In this document: positions 1-10,448 of the stretch, in pieces
Layout of the letters: every line of letters starts with the position of its first letter
How positions within the stretch are numbered: the stretch's first letter is position 1
Virus record (IMG/VR): IMGVR_UViG_3300047320_000285
Location: 186,001-250,000 of that record
Reading direction: 5' to 3' (one strand)
Length of the DNA: 64,000 nucleotides
Notes under the pieces: generated by a model
What the model saw: the letters and a program-made list of their open reading frames with translations, nothing else
Database searches by the model: none
Told to the model about the DNA's origin: nothing
Translations under genes and position numbers: made by a program

Positions 1-2
1 AT

Positions 3-2606
3 CACCTTACCAGTGGCTTGGTCTTTGTACTCACCAGCTTTGAGCTTCCACGCGGTGATACGCGGCAGGACCTCACCCTTGATGTACACGTCCCGGAAAC
101 CACGGGCTTTGTCCACGCCGACCTTGGCCCAATGCGTGGTCTGGTCTTTCAACCAGCCAGCGGGCTTGCCGAATACCTGCAGGCCACGCGCGCGCACGTC
201 CTTGAGGGCGTTACGTGCCAAACCAAAGCCCTTGCTGCCAAAGTGCGTGGCGTGCCCCCACAGCGTCCGAGCACCGGCTTTACCCGCGGTGACGCCTGCG
301 CCCGCCGCCGACATGGCTTTGTCGTACTGGGCCTGCATCTTCTCGAACACTTCGTTCGACACCATCAACGAGGGGATCCCCGTTTCCAGCTTCAACGCAA
401 TGCGCTCAAGCAGTCCCAGCGCCTGAATGGCCTCCGCTTTGGACGACGCTTCCCGGACGGCTTTGATCAGCGGGTCGTCTTCTTCGTAGCCTTCGTGCGG
501 CGGCGGAGCCGGAACTTCCATCGTGAAACCCGCGCTGCGGCGAGGAGCCGTTTCGTGCGCCCAACGAATCGGTGCACGGCGTTTGCGACGCGGACCCCGA
601 TTGATCGTGAACCCTGCCTTAGCCGCAGACGCACCACCCACACCTTCCGACCCCGGCTCATAGCCGTCTCCGTAGTAGTACGAGTAGAGTTTCTCGACGT
701 CAATCAAGTCTCCCTTCGCATTGACAATCCCCATTTCCTGCAGGGCTTCACCCTGACCCAGATGGACCAACCGTTGCACCAGCTCGCGTGAGTCACCCGT
801 GTAACGACCGAGTGCGTTAAAACGACTGGACGCTTCGTAGAGTTTACTCTTGTCCGGATCGTTGTCGAGGTGATCCTTAAAGAGATTGGCAAACGTCTTG
901 GCATGCGCTTCGCCCGGGCCACCCACGTAGGACTGCGGGTTGGTCAAACGTTCCTTGGTGAAACCCTTACCGCCGACGTTGTCATGCAGCATCTGCTTGC
1001 CGAAGGCTTTCTTCTGCTCCGCGGTCAGCTTGTCGCCACCAATCTGCGAGATAAAACGATCGATGTCATCGGTGGTGTATTTCTTGCCGTCATCGGTGAT
1101 GATCGACTTGAACATATTGCGCCGATAGTTGCCGCGCGTATCAAACCGGTTCTTGGTGTGGTCGTACTCGGTCAGCTCGGTTTTCTCATCGCCCGTGCGC
1201 ATTACCTGCAGCTCACGGTAGATCCGGGCCAGATAGCCCGGGATAATGTCGGTGATGCTCTTGCTGACATGGCGGTCAAACGTCGCCGGCTCTTGCAAGC
1301 CCGCAATGTTATCGCGGTCCAGTCCCTTCTCCACCCCGGGCATGCCCTTGATACCTTGCTTCAGGAACGAGATGATCGGGCTGAGTGCCGACCACTTGCC
1401 GCCCTCCTGACGACCGGACTTGGCCCAGTCCTGCAACAACGGTCCCATGTTCTCGATGCCGTACTGCAGCAGGTTGCCGCCCCTGCGGATCTTGGTGTTC
1501 CGGTTCAGATGCGGGTAGAGCTTGCGGGCTAACCACTGACCGGCTTGGTTCGCGCCAAACTGCCCGGCCATCTCGCCACCCATTTCGAGCGGGTCCATCT
1601 CGATGCCCATCTCGCGCGCCATGTCCCGGCTATCGAGCAGCATGTCGGCGGCATTGATCCCTTGACGAAAGCCGCCGGCCGCTTGGACGATCTTTTGCTG
1701 CGCCTGCTTTTGCAAGGAACCCACCAAGTCCCGAGCAAAACCCCGCTTCTGATCAAACGCCGAGCGCATCGCCCCGCCAATAAAGCGGTTACGCATCATC
1801 TTGCGCTTTTCTGGCGAGTTGTTCAGCTTGACAATGTCGGGCAGCGCCGTGTTCTTCATGATCGCATCGAGATGCGCATGGACGATGGCATTGGCGCGCT
1901 TGGTTTCAGCGAGCATGTCCATCTGCATGAAGTACGAACGGTACTGGATCTCCAGCGACTTGCGCTGGTAGTTCGCGTTGGCCGAGGTGGTATAAGCCGC
2001 GGTCTTGGTCACTGCCAGACGAATCGCATCCAGCTGGGCGACCACGTCTTTGTGGCGGGCCTGCGTCAAGCCCTCGCGCAGATTGTCCTTGATGTCCGCG
2101 ACTTTGTCCCGATGCGACTGGGCGTCCTGCTGGGCGCCAAATACCTCACCCAGCACCGACGCGACGTTCTGTTCACGCGGATCGATCGGCGCGCGATTGT
2201 CACCCGGCTTCTCGTATTTGTCGGCATAACCCCGCAGCTTTTTCATCAGCTCGGTGTCTTTACCCGAATCCTTGGGCAGCACCCGTTGGGTGATTCGACG
2301 CAGCTCGTTGAGCTGCGGCTTCAGCTCCTTGGTTCCGCTATCGTATAGATCCTTAATCGATCGAGCCGACTGGTCCGCGAATTCCAACGCGCTGCCAAAC
2401 CCCCGCGGCAATGCAGCCGTGAGGGTGTTACGTACCCAAGCACTGGATTTGATCGTATCCAGAAACCCACGACCTGTGGCCTTGCCAATCCGCGTGATTG
2501 GTTTGCCGGTGTCCTTGGGAATCTTGACGTCGAAATCAAATTCCGGCATATCCAGCGACCGGTCGAACTCGAATGAATCCAGTTCAAATTTAGTTTTCTT
2601 TGCCAT
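3..2606 (-). CDS. phiKZ gp181-like large tail-associated virion protein (5' part only; runs off the window edge)
   Basis: Absent from the ORF track because it has no stop in the window. I translated it from ATG at 2606: MAKKTKFELDSFEFDRSLDMPEFDFDVKIP...YQRKSLEIQYRSYF...NTALPDIVKL. It is divergent from the vRNAP beta-prime gene, as in phiKZ-like phages. I spot-checked the frame rather than reading it in full. Confidence 0.7.
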   Translation of the reverse strand, partial: MAKKTKFELDSFEFDRSLDMPEFDFDVKIPKDTGKPITRIGKATGRGFLDTIKSSAWVRNTLTAALPRGFGSALEFADQSARSIKDLYDSGTKELKPQLNELRRITQRVLPKDSGKDTELMKKLRGYADKYEKPGDNRAPIDPREQNVASVLGEVFGAQQDAQSHRDKVADIKDNLREGLTQARHKDVVAQLDAIRLAVTKTAAYTTSANANYQRKSLEIQYRSYFMQMDMLAETKRANAIVHAHLDAIMKNTALPDIVKLNNSPEKRKMMRNRFIGGAMRSAFDQKRGFARDLVGSLQKQAQQKIVQAAGGFRQGINAADMLLDSRDMAREMGIEMDPLEMGGEMAGQFGANQAGQWLARKLYPHLNRNTKIRRGGNLLQYGIENMGPLLQDWAKSGRQEGGKWSALSPIISFLKQGIKGMPGVEKGLDRDNIAGLQEPATFDRHVSKSITDIIPGYLARIYRELQVMRTGDEKTELTEYDHTKNRFDTRGNYRRNMFKSIITDDGKKYTTDDIDRFISQIGGDKLTAEQKKAFGKQMLHDNVGGKGFTKERLTNPQSYVGGPGEAHAKTFANLFKDHLDNDPDKSKLYEASSRFNALGRYTGDSRELVQRLVHLGQGEALQEMGIVNAKGDLIDVEKLYSYYYGDGYEPGSEGVGGASAAKAGFTINRGPRRKRRAPIRWAHETAPRRSAGFTMEVPAPPPHEGYEEDDPLIKAVREASSKAEAIQALGLLERIALKLETGIPSLMVSNEVFEKMQAQYDKAMSAAGAGVTAGKAGARTLWGHATHFGSKGFGLARNALKDVRARGLQVFGKPAGWLKDQTTHWAKVGVDKARGFRDVYIKGEVLPRITAWKLKAGEYKDQATGKV

Positions 2607-2683
2607 CGTCGTGAGACTCCGCCTAATATGGTTGGGCCTCGAAGACCCCTCATAGTTTGCAGTAAAAAGACAGGTAGAATGCC

Positions 2684-4309
2684 ATGGATCGTTTGGACAT
2701 TCCATTTAACATTCGGCTGCTGGTGCTGACGCCCAAGAAATTGGAAGGTCTGCGCCCGGTAACAGCCCTTGATATTTTCGACAGTCCGCCGAACTTTCAC
2801 CCTGACGGTTTGTTCTCGACTCTGATCTTTGGTCGGGTCGGGGATGAGCGTCGCTCGATGCGCTTTAGCTACATCAACATCAAGATCCCCGTATTCCATC
2901 CGGTCGTGTTCCGGGCGCTCTCGGATCTGAAACGTCTTTATGCCGGTATCCTTAATGGCACCGACTACGCGATCTGGAATCCGGATATCAAGGATTTCGA
3001 GAAAGCCACGGCCACCACCGGCAAGACGGGCTACGCGTTTTTCATGCAGTACTGGAAGTCGATTGAGTTCAGCGAGACCAAGTCCGTCTCGCGCGAGCAG
3101 AACATCAAGCTGTTGAAGAAATACGAGTCGCGTGCCATGACCGATCACATCGTGGTGATGCCGGCCGGTCTACGCGATGTGGAGATGGATGGCGGGCGCG
3201 TCGTGATGGACGACATCAACGGCCTGTACCGGACCATGCTGGCGGTGGCGAATACGCTCTCCGACGCGGCGATCCGCAGCAATCCGGAGACACTGAATCT
3301 GGCCCGCTGGCGCCTGCAGGTGACCTTTAACCAGATCTACGATTATGTCGAAGCGATGGTCAAGGGCAAGAAGAAACTGCTCCTGTCGGGTTGGGCCTCG
3401 CGGGCGGTGAATAACGGTACCCGTAACGTGATTACGGCGATGGAAACCGCTACGCCGATTCTGGGTGGCAAAGGTCAACCGGATTTCAACACCACCATCG
3501 TCGGGCTATATCAAGCCTCCAAAGCGGCGTTGCCGCTCTCGATCTTCTGTCTGAAGACGGGCTTTCTGTCGAAGGTGTTTTTCAGTGTCGATGCGCCGGT
3601 CAAGCTGATCAACAAGAAGACCCTGCGAGTCGAGGAAGTCAAACTCAAGCCGCAGTACTTCGATCGCTACATGACCGACGAAGGGCTGGAGAAAGTGCTG
3701 ACGTCGTTTGGTACCGAAGACCTGCGTCACAAGCCGCTGGAAATCGAAGGCCGCTACATGGGCCTGATCTACAAGGGGCCGGACGGGTCGTTCAAACTCT
3801 TGCAGGACATTGGCGAAGTGCCGTTGGAGCGCGATCGCAAGCACGTCTATCCGCTGACGTTCTGCGAGCTGCTCTATATCTCGATCTATCGGCGTATCAA
3901 TGGCTTGCCGTGCTTTATCACCCGCTACCCGGTGACCGGGGTCGGATCGATCTATCCGAGCAAGACGCTGGTGCAGCCGACTATCAAGGTGGAGATCCGT
4001 CACGAGCTGGGCATGAACTGGGAGCAGCAGGATGACTCTTACGTGGCCTACAAGTTCCCGATCAACGGCTCGGCGTTCGTCAACTCGTTTTCACCGCACT
4101 CCTCCAAGCTCGCGGGTCTGGGTGCTGACTTTGACGGCGATATGGGTTCGCTCAATATTGTCTACTCGGACGAAGCCATCAAGGAGTGTGCAGCCTTCTT
4201 TAAAAGCAAGCGCGCCTATGTGGGCACGAACGGGCGGTTTATTTCCTCGTTTGACACCTCGACGGTGGCGCTGGTGTTTCACAATCTGACCAGTCCGGTC
4301 GAGGCCTAA
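2684..4309 (+). CDS. Virion RNA polymerase beta-prime subunit, catalytic part (phiKZ gp180-like)
   Basis: 541 aa; catalytic GADFDGD motif near the C-terminus; lies directly upstream of a large beta-like gene. Confidence 0.92.
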   Translation: MDRLDIPFNIRLLVLTPKKLEGLRPVTALDIFDSPPNFHPDGLFSTLIFGRVGDERRSMRFSYINIKIPVFHPVVFRALSDLKRLYAGILNGTDYAIWNPDIKDFEKATATTGKTGYAFFMQYWKSIEFSETKSVSREQNIKLLKKYESRAMTDHIVVMPAGLRDVEMDGGRVVMDDINGLYRTMLAVANTLSDAAIRSNPETLNLARWRLQVTFNQIYDYVEAMVKGKKKLLLSGWASRAVNNGTRNVITAMETATPILGGKGQPDFNTTIVGLYQASKAALPLSIFCLKTGFLSKVFFSVDAPVKLINKKTLRVEEVKLKPQYFDRYMTDEGLEKVLTSFGTEDLRHKPLEIEGRYMGLIYKGPDGSFKLLQDIGEVPLERDRKHVYPLTFCELLYISIYRRINGLPCFITRYPVTGVGSIYPSKTLVQPTIKVEIRHELGMNWEQQDDSYVAYKFPINGSAFVNSFSPHSSKLAGLGADFDGDMGSLNIVYSDEAIKECAAFFKSKRAYVGTNGRFISSFDTSTVALVFHNLTSPVEA

Positions 4310-4311
4310 CC

Positions 4312-7300
4312 ATGCTTTTTTACGAACAGTTCTATCAGAAATTCGGCGTGCGTAGCGCGTCACAGTTGCTGGCGCCCCGGATGCCGGCGCTGAAGAATCT
4401 GGAACTGCCCCAACGGAGTATCTTTCACTACGTAGGGCAAGGCCCGCTTGATGCGGGTCCGCCGTCGGACGAGTTCCTGTTTCGTCATGTGACGAAGCCG
4501 ATTCCGATGCTGCACGTCACCAAGCTGCAGGAATTCAAAGGCGCGCCGCGCTTTATCACCACCACGGTGATTGCGGACATCCGCAAGTATCACAACAAGA
4601 ACCGCCGTTACCGGCTGAACCGTAACCTGCCGGCGATGGTCCGCGATCCGATGGCGCCGGCGGTGATCAACTACGCGTGGCTGGCCCGGCTGTATCGCTA
4701 CCAGCGTAATCTGTACGCCGAATACAACCGCTGGTGGAACATCAACGCCACGGTGTGGAAGACGATTGCCACGGTGTCTGCGGAAACCGATCGGCACCAG
4801 TTTATCGAAGTCGGCTTGCCCACCCTGTTGCCGGGTCTGACGGACCTGCGCATTGCCGCGGAAATGCTGGTGGATGAAGCCGGTCTGCAAGTGGTGACCG
4901 AGCAACTGTCGGTGGCCATGGAAGGACTGATCGATAATCCGGGTTTCTACACCGAGAGTCTGGCCCTCGAAGCGATGAACTCGCGCACGCTGCGCATCTT
5001 CCACTCACCAGAGTCGCTGGTGTTGCTGGAGCTGTGGAAGTGGTGTGGGCCGAACCGAGCCAAGTCGGCGATCTCGGCTGTCCCGACCGATAAGCTCAAC
5101 AAGGTCAACCTGATCTTTGTCGAGTCGGGTCGCTGGTTTGTGGTGAATCTCGGTCAGCTCGATAGCTGGCGCAAAGCCACCGAAGAAGAACTGGCCGCCA
5201 ACGCTGAAGCCAATCAGGACGGCATCGATCCGGTACAGTTTCAGAAGCGCGTGTTGCGTATGGTGATGGCGCTGTTCCAAGTGCGTACCGATGCCTCTCC
5301 GCAAGTGCTGGATGAATCGGGTGAGGGGGAAGAGCAAGAAGCCCAAGCCGAGACTACCACCGCACAGGCTGCGAACAATGCGGTGCCGGAAGCACCCGCG
5401 GCGGCCACAGTTGTCACGGGACAGGTGACCGATCCGGCGAGTGGTGTGAAGGCGGTGGTGATGCCGGCCAAGCAGCCGGAAGTGGTGCAGCCGGATCTCA
5501 GTACCGAGACGCCAGCTGCAGCGATCAAGGAAGATCCACATCTGGACGAGCAGATCGAAAAGGATCTGGCGGAACTTGACCGGATCACTCACGCCCAACT
5601 GAGCGCCCAAGATGCGGAGCAGGATGCCGCGGTGCTGGCGCCGGTGGAACGCACGTTGGAAAGTGGCGTGATGGCCGTGGCCAATCGGCTGGCGGATGAC
5701 GGCATGTTGTCGGCCGCGGAGTATCGTCGCTATGACGACCTCTCGAAGAAGTTTCACCAGATCGTGGCCCCGGACGGCAAGCGGACGCTCAAGGACTATA
5801 TCGACGTGCATCACGACGATGTGGCTATTCATGCGTCACCGGCAATTGCAGACATTCCGACGGTGCTCGACAAGACCATGTTGAAGTCGAGCCTGCATGA
5901 GTTCGATAAGCGCTATATCGAAGAGGTGTTGCCACGGCACGTCAGCGCGATGGTGATGAACCTGCAGCATGCGGGGATCTGTGTGACTGACTATAAGGTC
6001 GAGCGCATGGAGTCGGTACAAGGTGCGTATGATGCGCATACCGTCAAGGTCACCCCGGTCGAAGGCGCGGCGTCAACCCTGCGCTTCATGCTGCCAGCAG
6101 CTGAAGAAGATGGCTCGTACACCGCCAATGGGGTAAAGTACCACTTCCGTAAGCAAAAGGGTGACCTGCCGATTCGCAAGATCAGTCCGAGTGAAGTCGC
6201 GCTCACCTCCTACTACGGCAAGCTGTTTGTCCAACGTAGCGAGAAGAAGGTCAATGACTACGGCACGTGGTTGCGTAACCAAGTCATGGCCAAGGGACTG
6301 GACGAAGCCGATCAGACCATCACTGATCTGCACCCGATGAACGTGTTCAACCCGGAGTTCAAAGTCCCGCGCCTGTATTCGACGCTGGCGATGGGCTTCA
6401 ATAGTTTCCAAGCAGCGGGCTTCACGTGGATGTTTGATTACACCCTGCGTGAAACCGTGTTCGGCAAGGACGCCATCGAGCAGTACGAACGCGACGGCGG
6501 CCGGCTGATCGCCCACAACGACCGGGGTGAGTTTATTCTGGTCGACCAGCAAGATGCGCTCTACAAAGTCGTCGAGGGCAAGCTCGAGGAAATGCCGGCG
6601 TTTGAAGAACTGGTGCAGGTGCCGGTCGAGAAAGCGCCGATCGATTTTGTCGAGATCCGGATTCTGGCCCGTTCGATTCCGATTGGCTTTGTGCTGGGTT
6701 ACGAGATGGGGCTCACGCAGCTGTGCCGCTTCCTGAAAGTGCAGCCGCGGATTGTGCCTGCCGGCACGCGTCTGGGTCTGCAGCCGCATGAGTATCCGCT
6801 GATCTTCGAAGATGAGACGTGGGTGTTCAGCAAGGACAATCGTTACGCGACGATGATTCTGGCCGGCTTTAACGAGTACCATCGGGCGCTGCGGGACTAC
6901 AGCTCTCATGAGTTCGACAAACGCGGCGTGTACCTGAACCTGCTGGAAGGCGAGGGGTCGTCGGCCCGTTACATTCGGGAAATCGATCACCTGTATCAGT
7001 TGTTTATCGATCCGATCACGCTCATGTTGCTGCAACGCTTTCATGAGCCGGAAGACTTTCGTGGCCTGTTACTTAAAGCCACCAGTCTGTTGATGGACGA
7101 CATGCACCCGGACGAACTCGATCCGAAGTACATGCGGGTGAAGGGTTACGAGCGCTGGGCCGGGGCGGTGTATTCCGAGCTGGTCAAGGCAGTGAAGTCG
7201 CACAGTGGACGGCCGGGCAAGTCACGCCATCCGATCGAACTGAATCCGTACGCAGTCTGGACGGCGATTCAGACCGATCCCTCCAAGGGGCTGGTGAAGG

Positions 7301-8724
7301 ATATCAATCCGATCCAGAACCTGAAGGAAAAGGAAGCGATGACCTTCTCGGGTACCGGGGGACGTTCGAGCCGGTCGATGACCAAGCATACCCGCGCTTA
7401 CCACCAGAACGACATGGGGGTCACCTCCGAGTCGACAGTGGACTCGGGCGACGTCGGTATCAACACCTACACGTCAGCGGATCCGCAGTTTGATTCGTTG
7501 CTGGGGACGTCCAAGCCGTATGTGATCGGCAAGACGGGCGCAACCGCGTTGCTGTCCACCTCGGCGCTGATCTCACCGGCCTCCGATCGGGATGATCCGA
7601 AGCGGGTGAACTTCGTGGGGATTCAGCATGGTCACGGGATCGCCTGCAAGGGCTACCGCACCGCTGCACTGCGGACCGGTTACGAGCAGGTGCTGGCGCA
7701 CCGTACCAGTGATCTGTACGCCACCACGGCCAAGCAGGATGGTCGGGTCGTCTCCCGCAACGACCACGGCATTGTGGTAGAGTTCGCCGATGGCAAGACC
7801 AAGGGGATTCAACTGGGTCGACGCTATGGGGCGGCCGAAGGCCTGACGATTCCGCACGATGTGATCTCGGAGCTGAAGGAAGGCGATGAGTTCAAAGCGG
7901 GCGAGGTGATTGCGTACAACCCGGGCTTCTTCAAGCGCGATATGCTCAACCCGAAGAATGTGATCTGGAAGGTTGGTCTGTTGGCCCGCACGGTGCTGAT
8001 GGAATCGACCCAGACGCTGGAAGACTCCAGCTCGATCTCGCATCGCATCTCTGAACAGTTGACGACCGCGATCACCAAGCAACGCACCATCGTGGTGAAC
8101 TTCGAGCAATCGATTCACAAGCTGGTCAAAGCCGGCCAAGCCGTGGGCAGCGAGGATATTCTATGCATTATCGAAGATGCGCTGACGCGGGACAATGCGC
8201 TCTTCGATCAGGAATCGCTGGATACCCTGAAGGTGCTCTCGGCTCACGCTCCGCAGGCGAAGTTTAAAGGCGTGGTCGAACGTATCGAGGTCTACTACCA
8301 TGGCGACATGGAAGACATGTCACAATCCTTGCAAGCAATTGTGGAGGCCAGTGACCGGGATCTGGTACGGCGCGCGAAGTCGGCTGGCAAGAAGGCTTTT
8401 ACGGGTCAGGTTGACGAAGGCTATCGCGTGGAGGGTAATCCGCTCGCTCTGGATACGGCGGCGATTCAGATCTACCTGACGGCTGAGGTACCGGCCGGTG
8501 TGGGTGATAAAGGTGTGTTTGCTAACCAGATGAAGACCGTGTTCGGCCGTGTGCTGGAGAACGATTGGAAGACGGAAAGCGGACTGGTGATTGATGCGGT
8601 GTTCGGTGCGAAGTCCATTGCGGACCGGATCGTCACCTCGCCTTACGTCATCGGCACCACGACCACCTTGCTGGATGTTATTGGCAAGAAGGCCGTCGCG
8701 ATCTATCGCGGCAAGAAAGCGTAA
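4312..8724 (+). CDS. Virion RNA polymerase beta subunit (phiKZ gp178-like)
   Basis: 1470 aa; beta-type C-terminal motifs GVGDKGVFANQMKT, EDSSSIS and DAVFGAKSIADR; size and gene order match the vRNAP locus. Confidence 0.9.
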   Translation: MLFYEQFYQKFGVRSASQLLAPRMPALKNLELPQRSIFHYVGQGPLDAGPPSDEFLFRHVTKPIPMLHVTKLQEFKGAPRFITTTVIADIRKYHNKNRRYRLNRNLPAMVRDPMAPAVINYAWLARLYRYQRNLYAEYNRWWNINATVWKTIATVSAETDRHQFIEVGLPTLLPGLTDLRIAAEMLVDEAGLQVVTEQLSVAMEGLIDNPGFYTESLALEAMNSRTLRIFHSPESLVLLELWKWCGPNRAKSAISAVPTDKLNKVNLIFVESGRWFVVNLGQLDSWRKATEEELAANAEANQDGIDPVQFQKRVLRMVMALFQVRTDASPQVLDESGEGEEQEAQAETTTAQAANNAVPEAPAAATVVTGQVTDPASGVKAVVMPAKQPEVVQPDLSTETPAAAIKEDPHLDEQIEKDLAELDRITHAQLSAQDAEQDAAVLAPVERTLESGVMAVANRLADDGMLSAAEYRRYDDLSKKFHQIVAPDGKRTLKDYIDVHHDDVAIHASPAIADIPTVLDKTMLKSSLHEFDKRYIEEVLPRHVSAMVMNLQHAGICVTDYKVERMESVQGAYDAHTVKVTPVEGAASTLRFMLPAAEEDGSYTANGVKYHFRKQKGDLPIRKISPSEVALTSYYGKLFVQRSEKKVNDYGTWLRNQVMAKGLDEADQTITDLHPMNVFNPEFKVPRLYSTLAMGFNSFQAAGFTWMFDYTLRETVFGKDAIEQYERDGGRLIAHNDRGEFILVDQQDALYKVVEGKLEEMPAFEELVQVPVEKAPIDFVEIRILARSIPIGFVLGYEMGLTQLCRFLKVQPRIVPAGTRLGLQPHEYPLIFEDETWVFSKDNRYATMILAGFNEYHRALRDYSSHEFDKRGVYLNLLEGEGSSARYIREIDHLYQLFIDPITLMLLQRFHEPEDFRGLLLKATSLLMDDMHPDELDPKYMRVKGYERWAGAVYSELVKAVKSHSGRPGKSRHPIELNPYAVWTAIQTDPSKGLVKDINPIQNLKEKEAMTFSGTGGRSSRSMTKHTRAYHQNDMGVTSESTVDSGDVGINTYTSADPQFDSLLGTSKPYVIGKTGATALLSTSALISPASDRDDPKRVNFVGIQHGHGIACKGYRTAALRTGYEQVLAHRTSDLYATTAKQDGRVVSRNDHGIVVEFADGKTKGIQLGRRYGAAEGLTIPHDVISELKEGDEFKAGEVIAYNPGFFKRDMLNPKNVIWKVGLLARTVLMESTQTLEDSSSISHRISEQLTTAITKQRTIVVNFEQSIHKLVKAGQAVGSEDILCIIEDALTRDNALFDQESLDTLKVLSAHAPQAKFKGVVERIEVYYHGDMEDMSQSLQAIVEASDRDLVRRAKSAGKKAFTGQVDEGYRVEGNPLALDTAAIQIYLTAEVPAGVGDKGVFANQMKTVFGRVLENDWKTESGLVIDAVFGAKSIADRIVTSPYVIGTTTTLLDVIGKKAVAIYRGKKA

Positions 8725-8733
8725 GCGCTCTTT

Positions 8734-8770
8734 GCTGGAGGCCTTCGGGTCTCCAGCCCTTATTTCTATT
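8734..8770 (+). terminator. Intrinsic terminator after vRNAP beta
   Basis: GCTGGAGGCC-TTCG-GGTCTCCAGC stem-loop followed by a T-rich tail. Confidence 0.7.
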
Positions 8771-8790
8771 CTGTTTGAGGAACGACCACC

Positions 8791-8988
8791 ATGCAAATGG
8801 CTCAATCGCAAGAGACCGTGGTGACGTTGGCCAATGCAGCGGAACTGGCAGCGACCGTCGTGTGCGGCGTTGTGGGTAACGAACTGGCCGACACCATCGC
8901 GGGCTCGCCCGTTACCCGCCAGACCATCTACGATCTGGCTCTGGCCAAGTTCCAGAACCGGCTGAACCCCATCATCGGAGCCAAGTAA
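8791..8988 (+). CDS. Small hypothetical protein (65 aa)
   Basis: GAGGA Shine-Dalgarno upstream, phage-like codon use, abuts the next gene. Confidence 0.65.
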   Translation: MQMAQSQETVVTLANAAELAATVVCGVVGNELADTIAGSPVTRQTIYDLALAKFQNRLNPIIGAK

Positions 8989-8989
8989 C

Positions 8990-10432
8990 ATGCTGACTCT
9001 CGAAGCAATTCAAAGCGCCCAAGCGCTGGCCGATCGACTGGACGCGGCACGCGTGGTTGTGTTGGCAGCCCCGGGTACCCCGCTCGAAGCGCTGACCTCG
9101 GGCACGCGCGTTGACGATCATACGGGCGTGGTGCAAGCGGATGACGGTGGCTACTCGGCCAACGTGCAGTTTATCCACGCGATGGCCAACGTGCAAAACG
9201 ACAAGCTGGGTGCCAACCCGCATGACGTGGCCCTGAACGAAATCGCCGAAGTCGCGATTCCCGCTGTGACGGGTCACATCCAGTTCGCCCGCTCGACGGT
9301 GCGGCCGGTGATTGAAGATCTGGTCGAACGGGTGATGAAGTCGCTCGGTGAAGACAAGATCGAATTGGCGCTTGGCGCCGAAGTGATCGTGCAGGAATCG
9401 CCGGCACCGCTGACCAACGGCGCGTTCGACACGATGGTGCGCAAGTTTGAAGGTGTGCCGTACGCCCCGCCGGTGCTCGGGATGCGCTGCCCGGACCAGA
9501 CCATCGATGAAATCAAGGAACTGATGAAGACCGGTTCCGGTTCGGTGGACAAGGACATCGAAGCTTGGCTGGCAGCCGAAGGCGGCTCGTGGCTGATGGA
9601 GCTGTGGGAAAACGTCTTCCAGATCAAGCCGCGCGAAGCCGGTTACAGCGGCCGTCGCACGTTCGACGAATGGACCGCGGACAAGGCATGTGGCGTGGAC
9701 TTCTCGCTGGCGATTTTCCTGCTGGCGCGCAAGCTCTTCGACAGTCCGCTCGAAGGCACGGTGATGAATCTCAACGAGCACGAGCGGCTCGTGGCGGATT
9801 ACCGGGATCAGTCCGCGGCAGCGCTGTGTCGGTTTGTCGACCAGCTCGATCGCAATCGCAAGAACGGCATTCTGGTGGTGGGGCTGTCGCGCCTGAAGAC
9901 CACGGTCGATGCCGAAGTGTATCGCGAGTGGATCGAAAAGGGCGGCGAGAACGAAGTGCTGTTTGGCAATAGCCTGCGCACGATGCCGTTCACGTCGGTC
10001 ACCGACATCGAAGCAGCGGCAGCAGCCCTCAAGGGGGCATGGGATCAACACGCGGCGCTGGAAGACACGGTGCGCCGTAACCGTCAGTTCGATCGCACCC
10101 GGGAACTGTTCTTCCATCACTTCCGGGCGCAACTGGCGGAAGCCACCGAAGACGGCCAAGCGGATCTGGGCAATAGCGAGCAAGTGCTCGAGCGTTTCCG
10201 TCAGGGCTTGACCGCCGTGCGGGAAGACGACCTCGACTGCCTGTACACGCTGGCGACCAAGCTGGTCTGCGATGCACGTTTCCCCGACAAGGCGGCGTAC
10301 ACTATCCTGATGGGCATCGATCGCAACGTCAAGCAGAACCCGCATCTCGAACTGCGCGAAGCCGCCACGCTCGCGATCGTCGAGTATGTGTGCGACTGGC
10401 TCTCGGAGCAGTTCAAGCCGGTGCGCTACTAA
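8990..10432 (+). CDS. Putative virion/head protein of the protease operon
   Basis: 480 aa ORF with strong codon bias; sits between vRNAP beta and the prohead protease as in phiKZ-like phages. Confidence 0.6.
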   Translation: MLTLEAIQSAQALADRLDAARVVVLAAPGTPLEALTSGTRVDDHTGVVQADDGGYSANVQFIHAMANVQNDKLGANPHDVALNEIAEVAIPAVTGHIQFARSTVRPVIEDLVERVMKSLGEDKIELALGAEVIVQESPAPLTNGAFDTMVRKFEGVPYAPPVLGMRCPDQTIDEIKELMKTGSGSVDKDIEAWLAAEGGSWLMELWENVFQIKPREAGYSGRRTFDEWTADKACGVDFSLAIFLLARKLFDSPLEGTVMNLNEHERLVADYRDQSAAALCRFVDQLDRNRKNGILVVGLSRLKTTVDAEVYREWIEKGGENEVLFGNSLRTMPFTSVTDIEAAAAALKGAWDQHAALEDTVRRNRQFDRTRELFFHHFRAQLAEATEDGQADLGNSEQVLERFRQGLTAVREDDLDCLYTLATKLVCDARFPDKAAYTILMGIDRNVKQNPHLELREAATLAIVEYVCDWLSEQFKPVRY

Positions 10433-10448
10433 CTCTTAAGGACACGTC

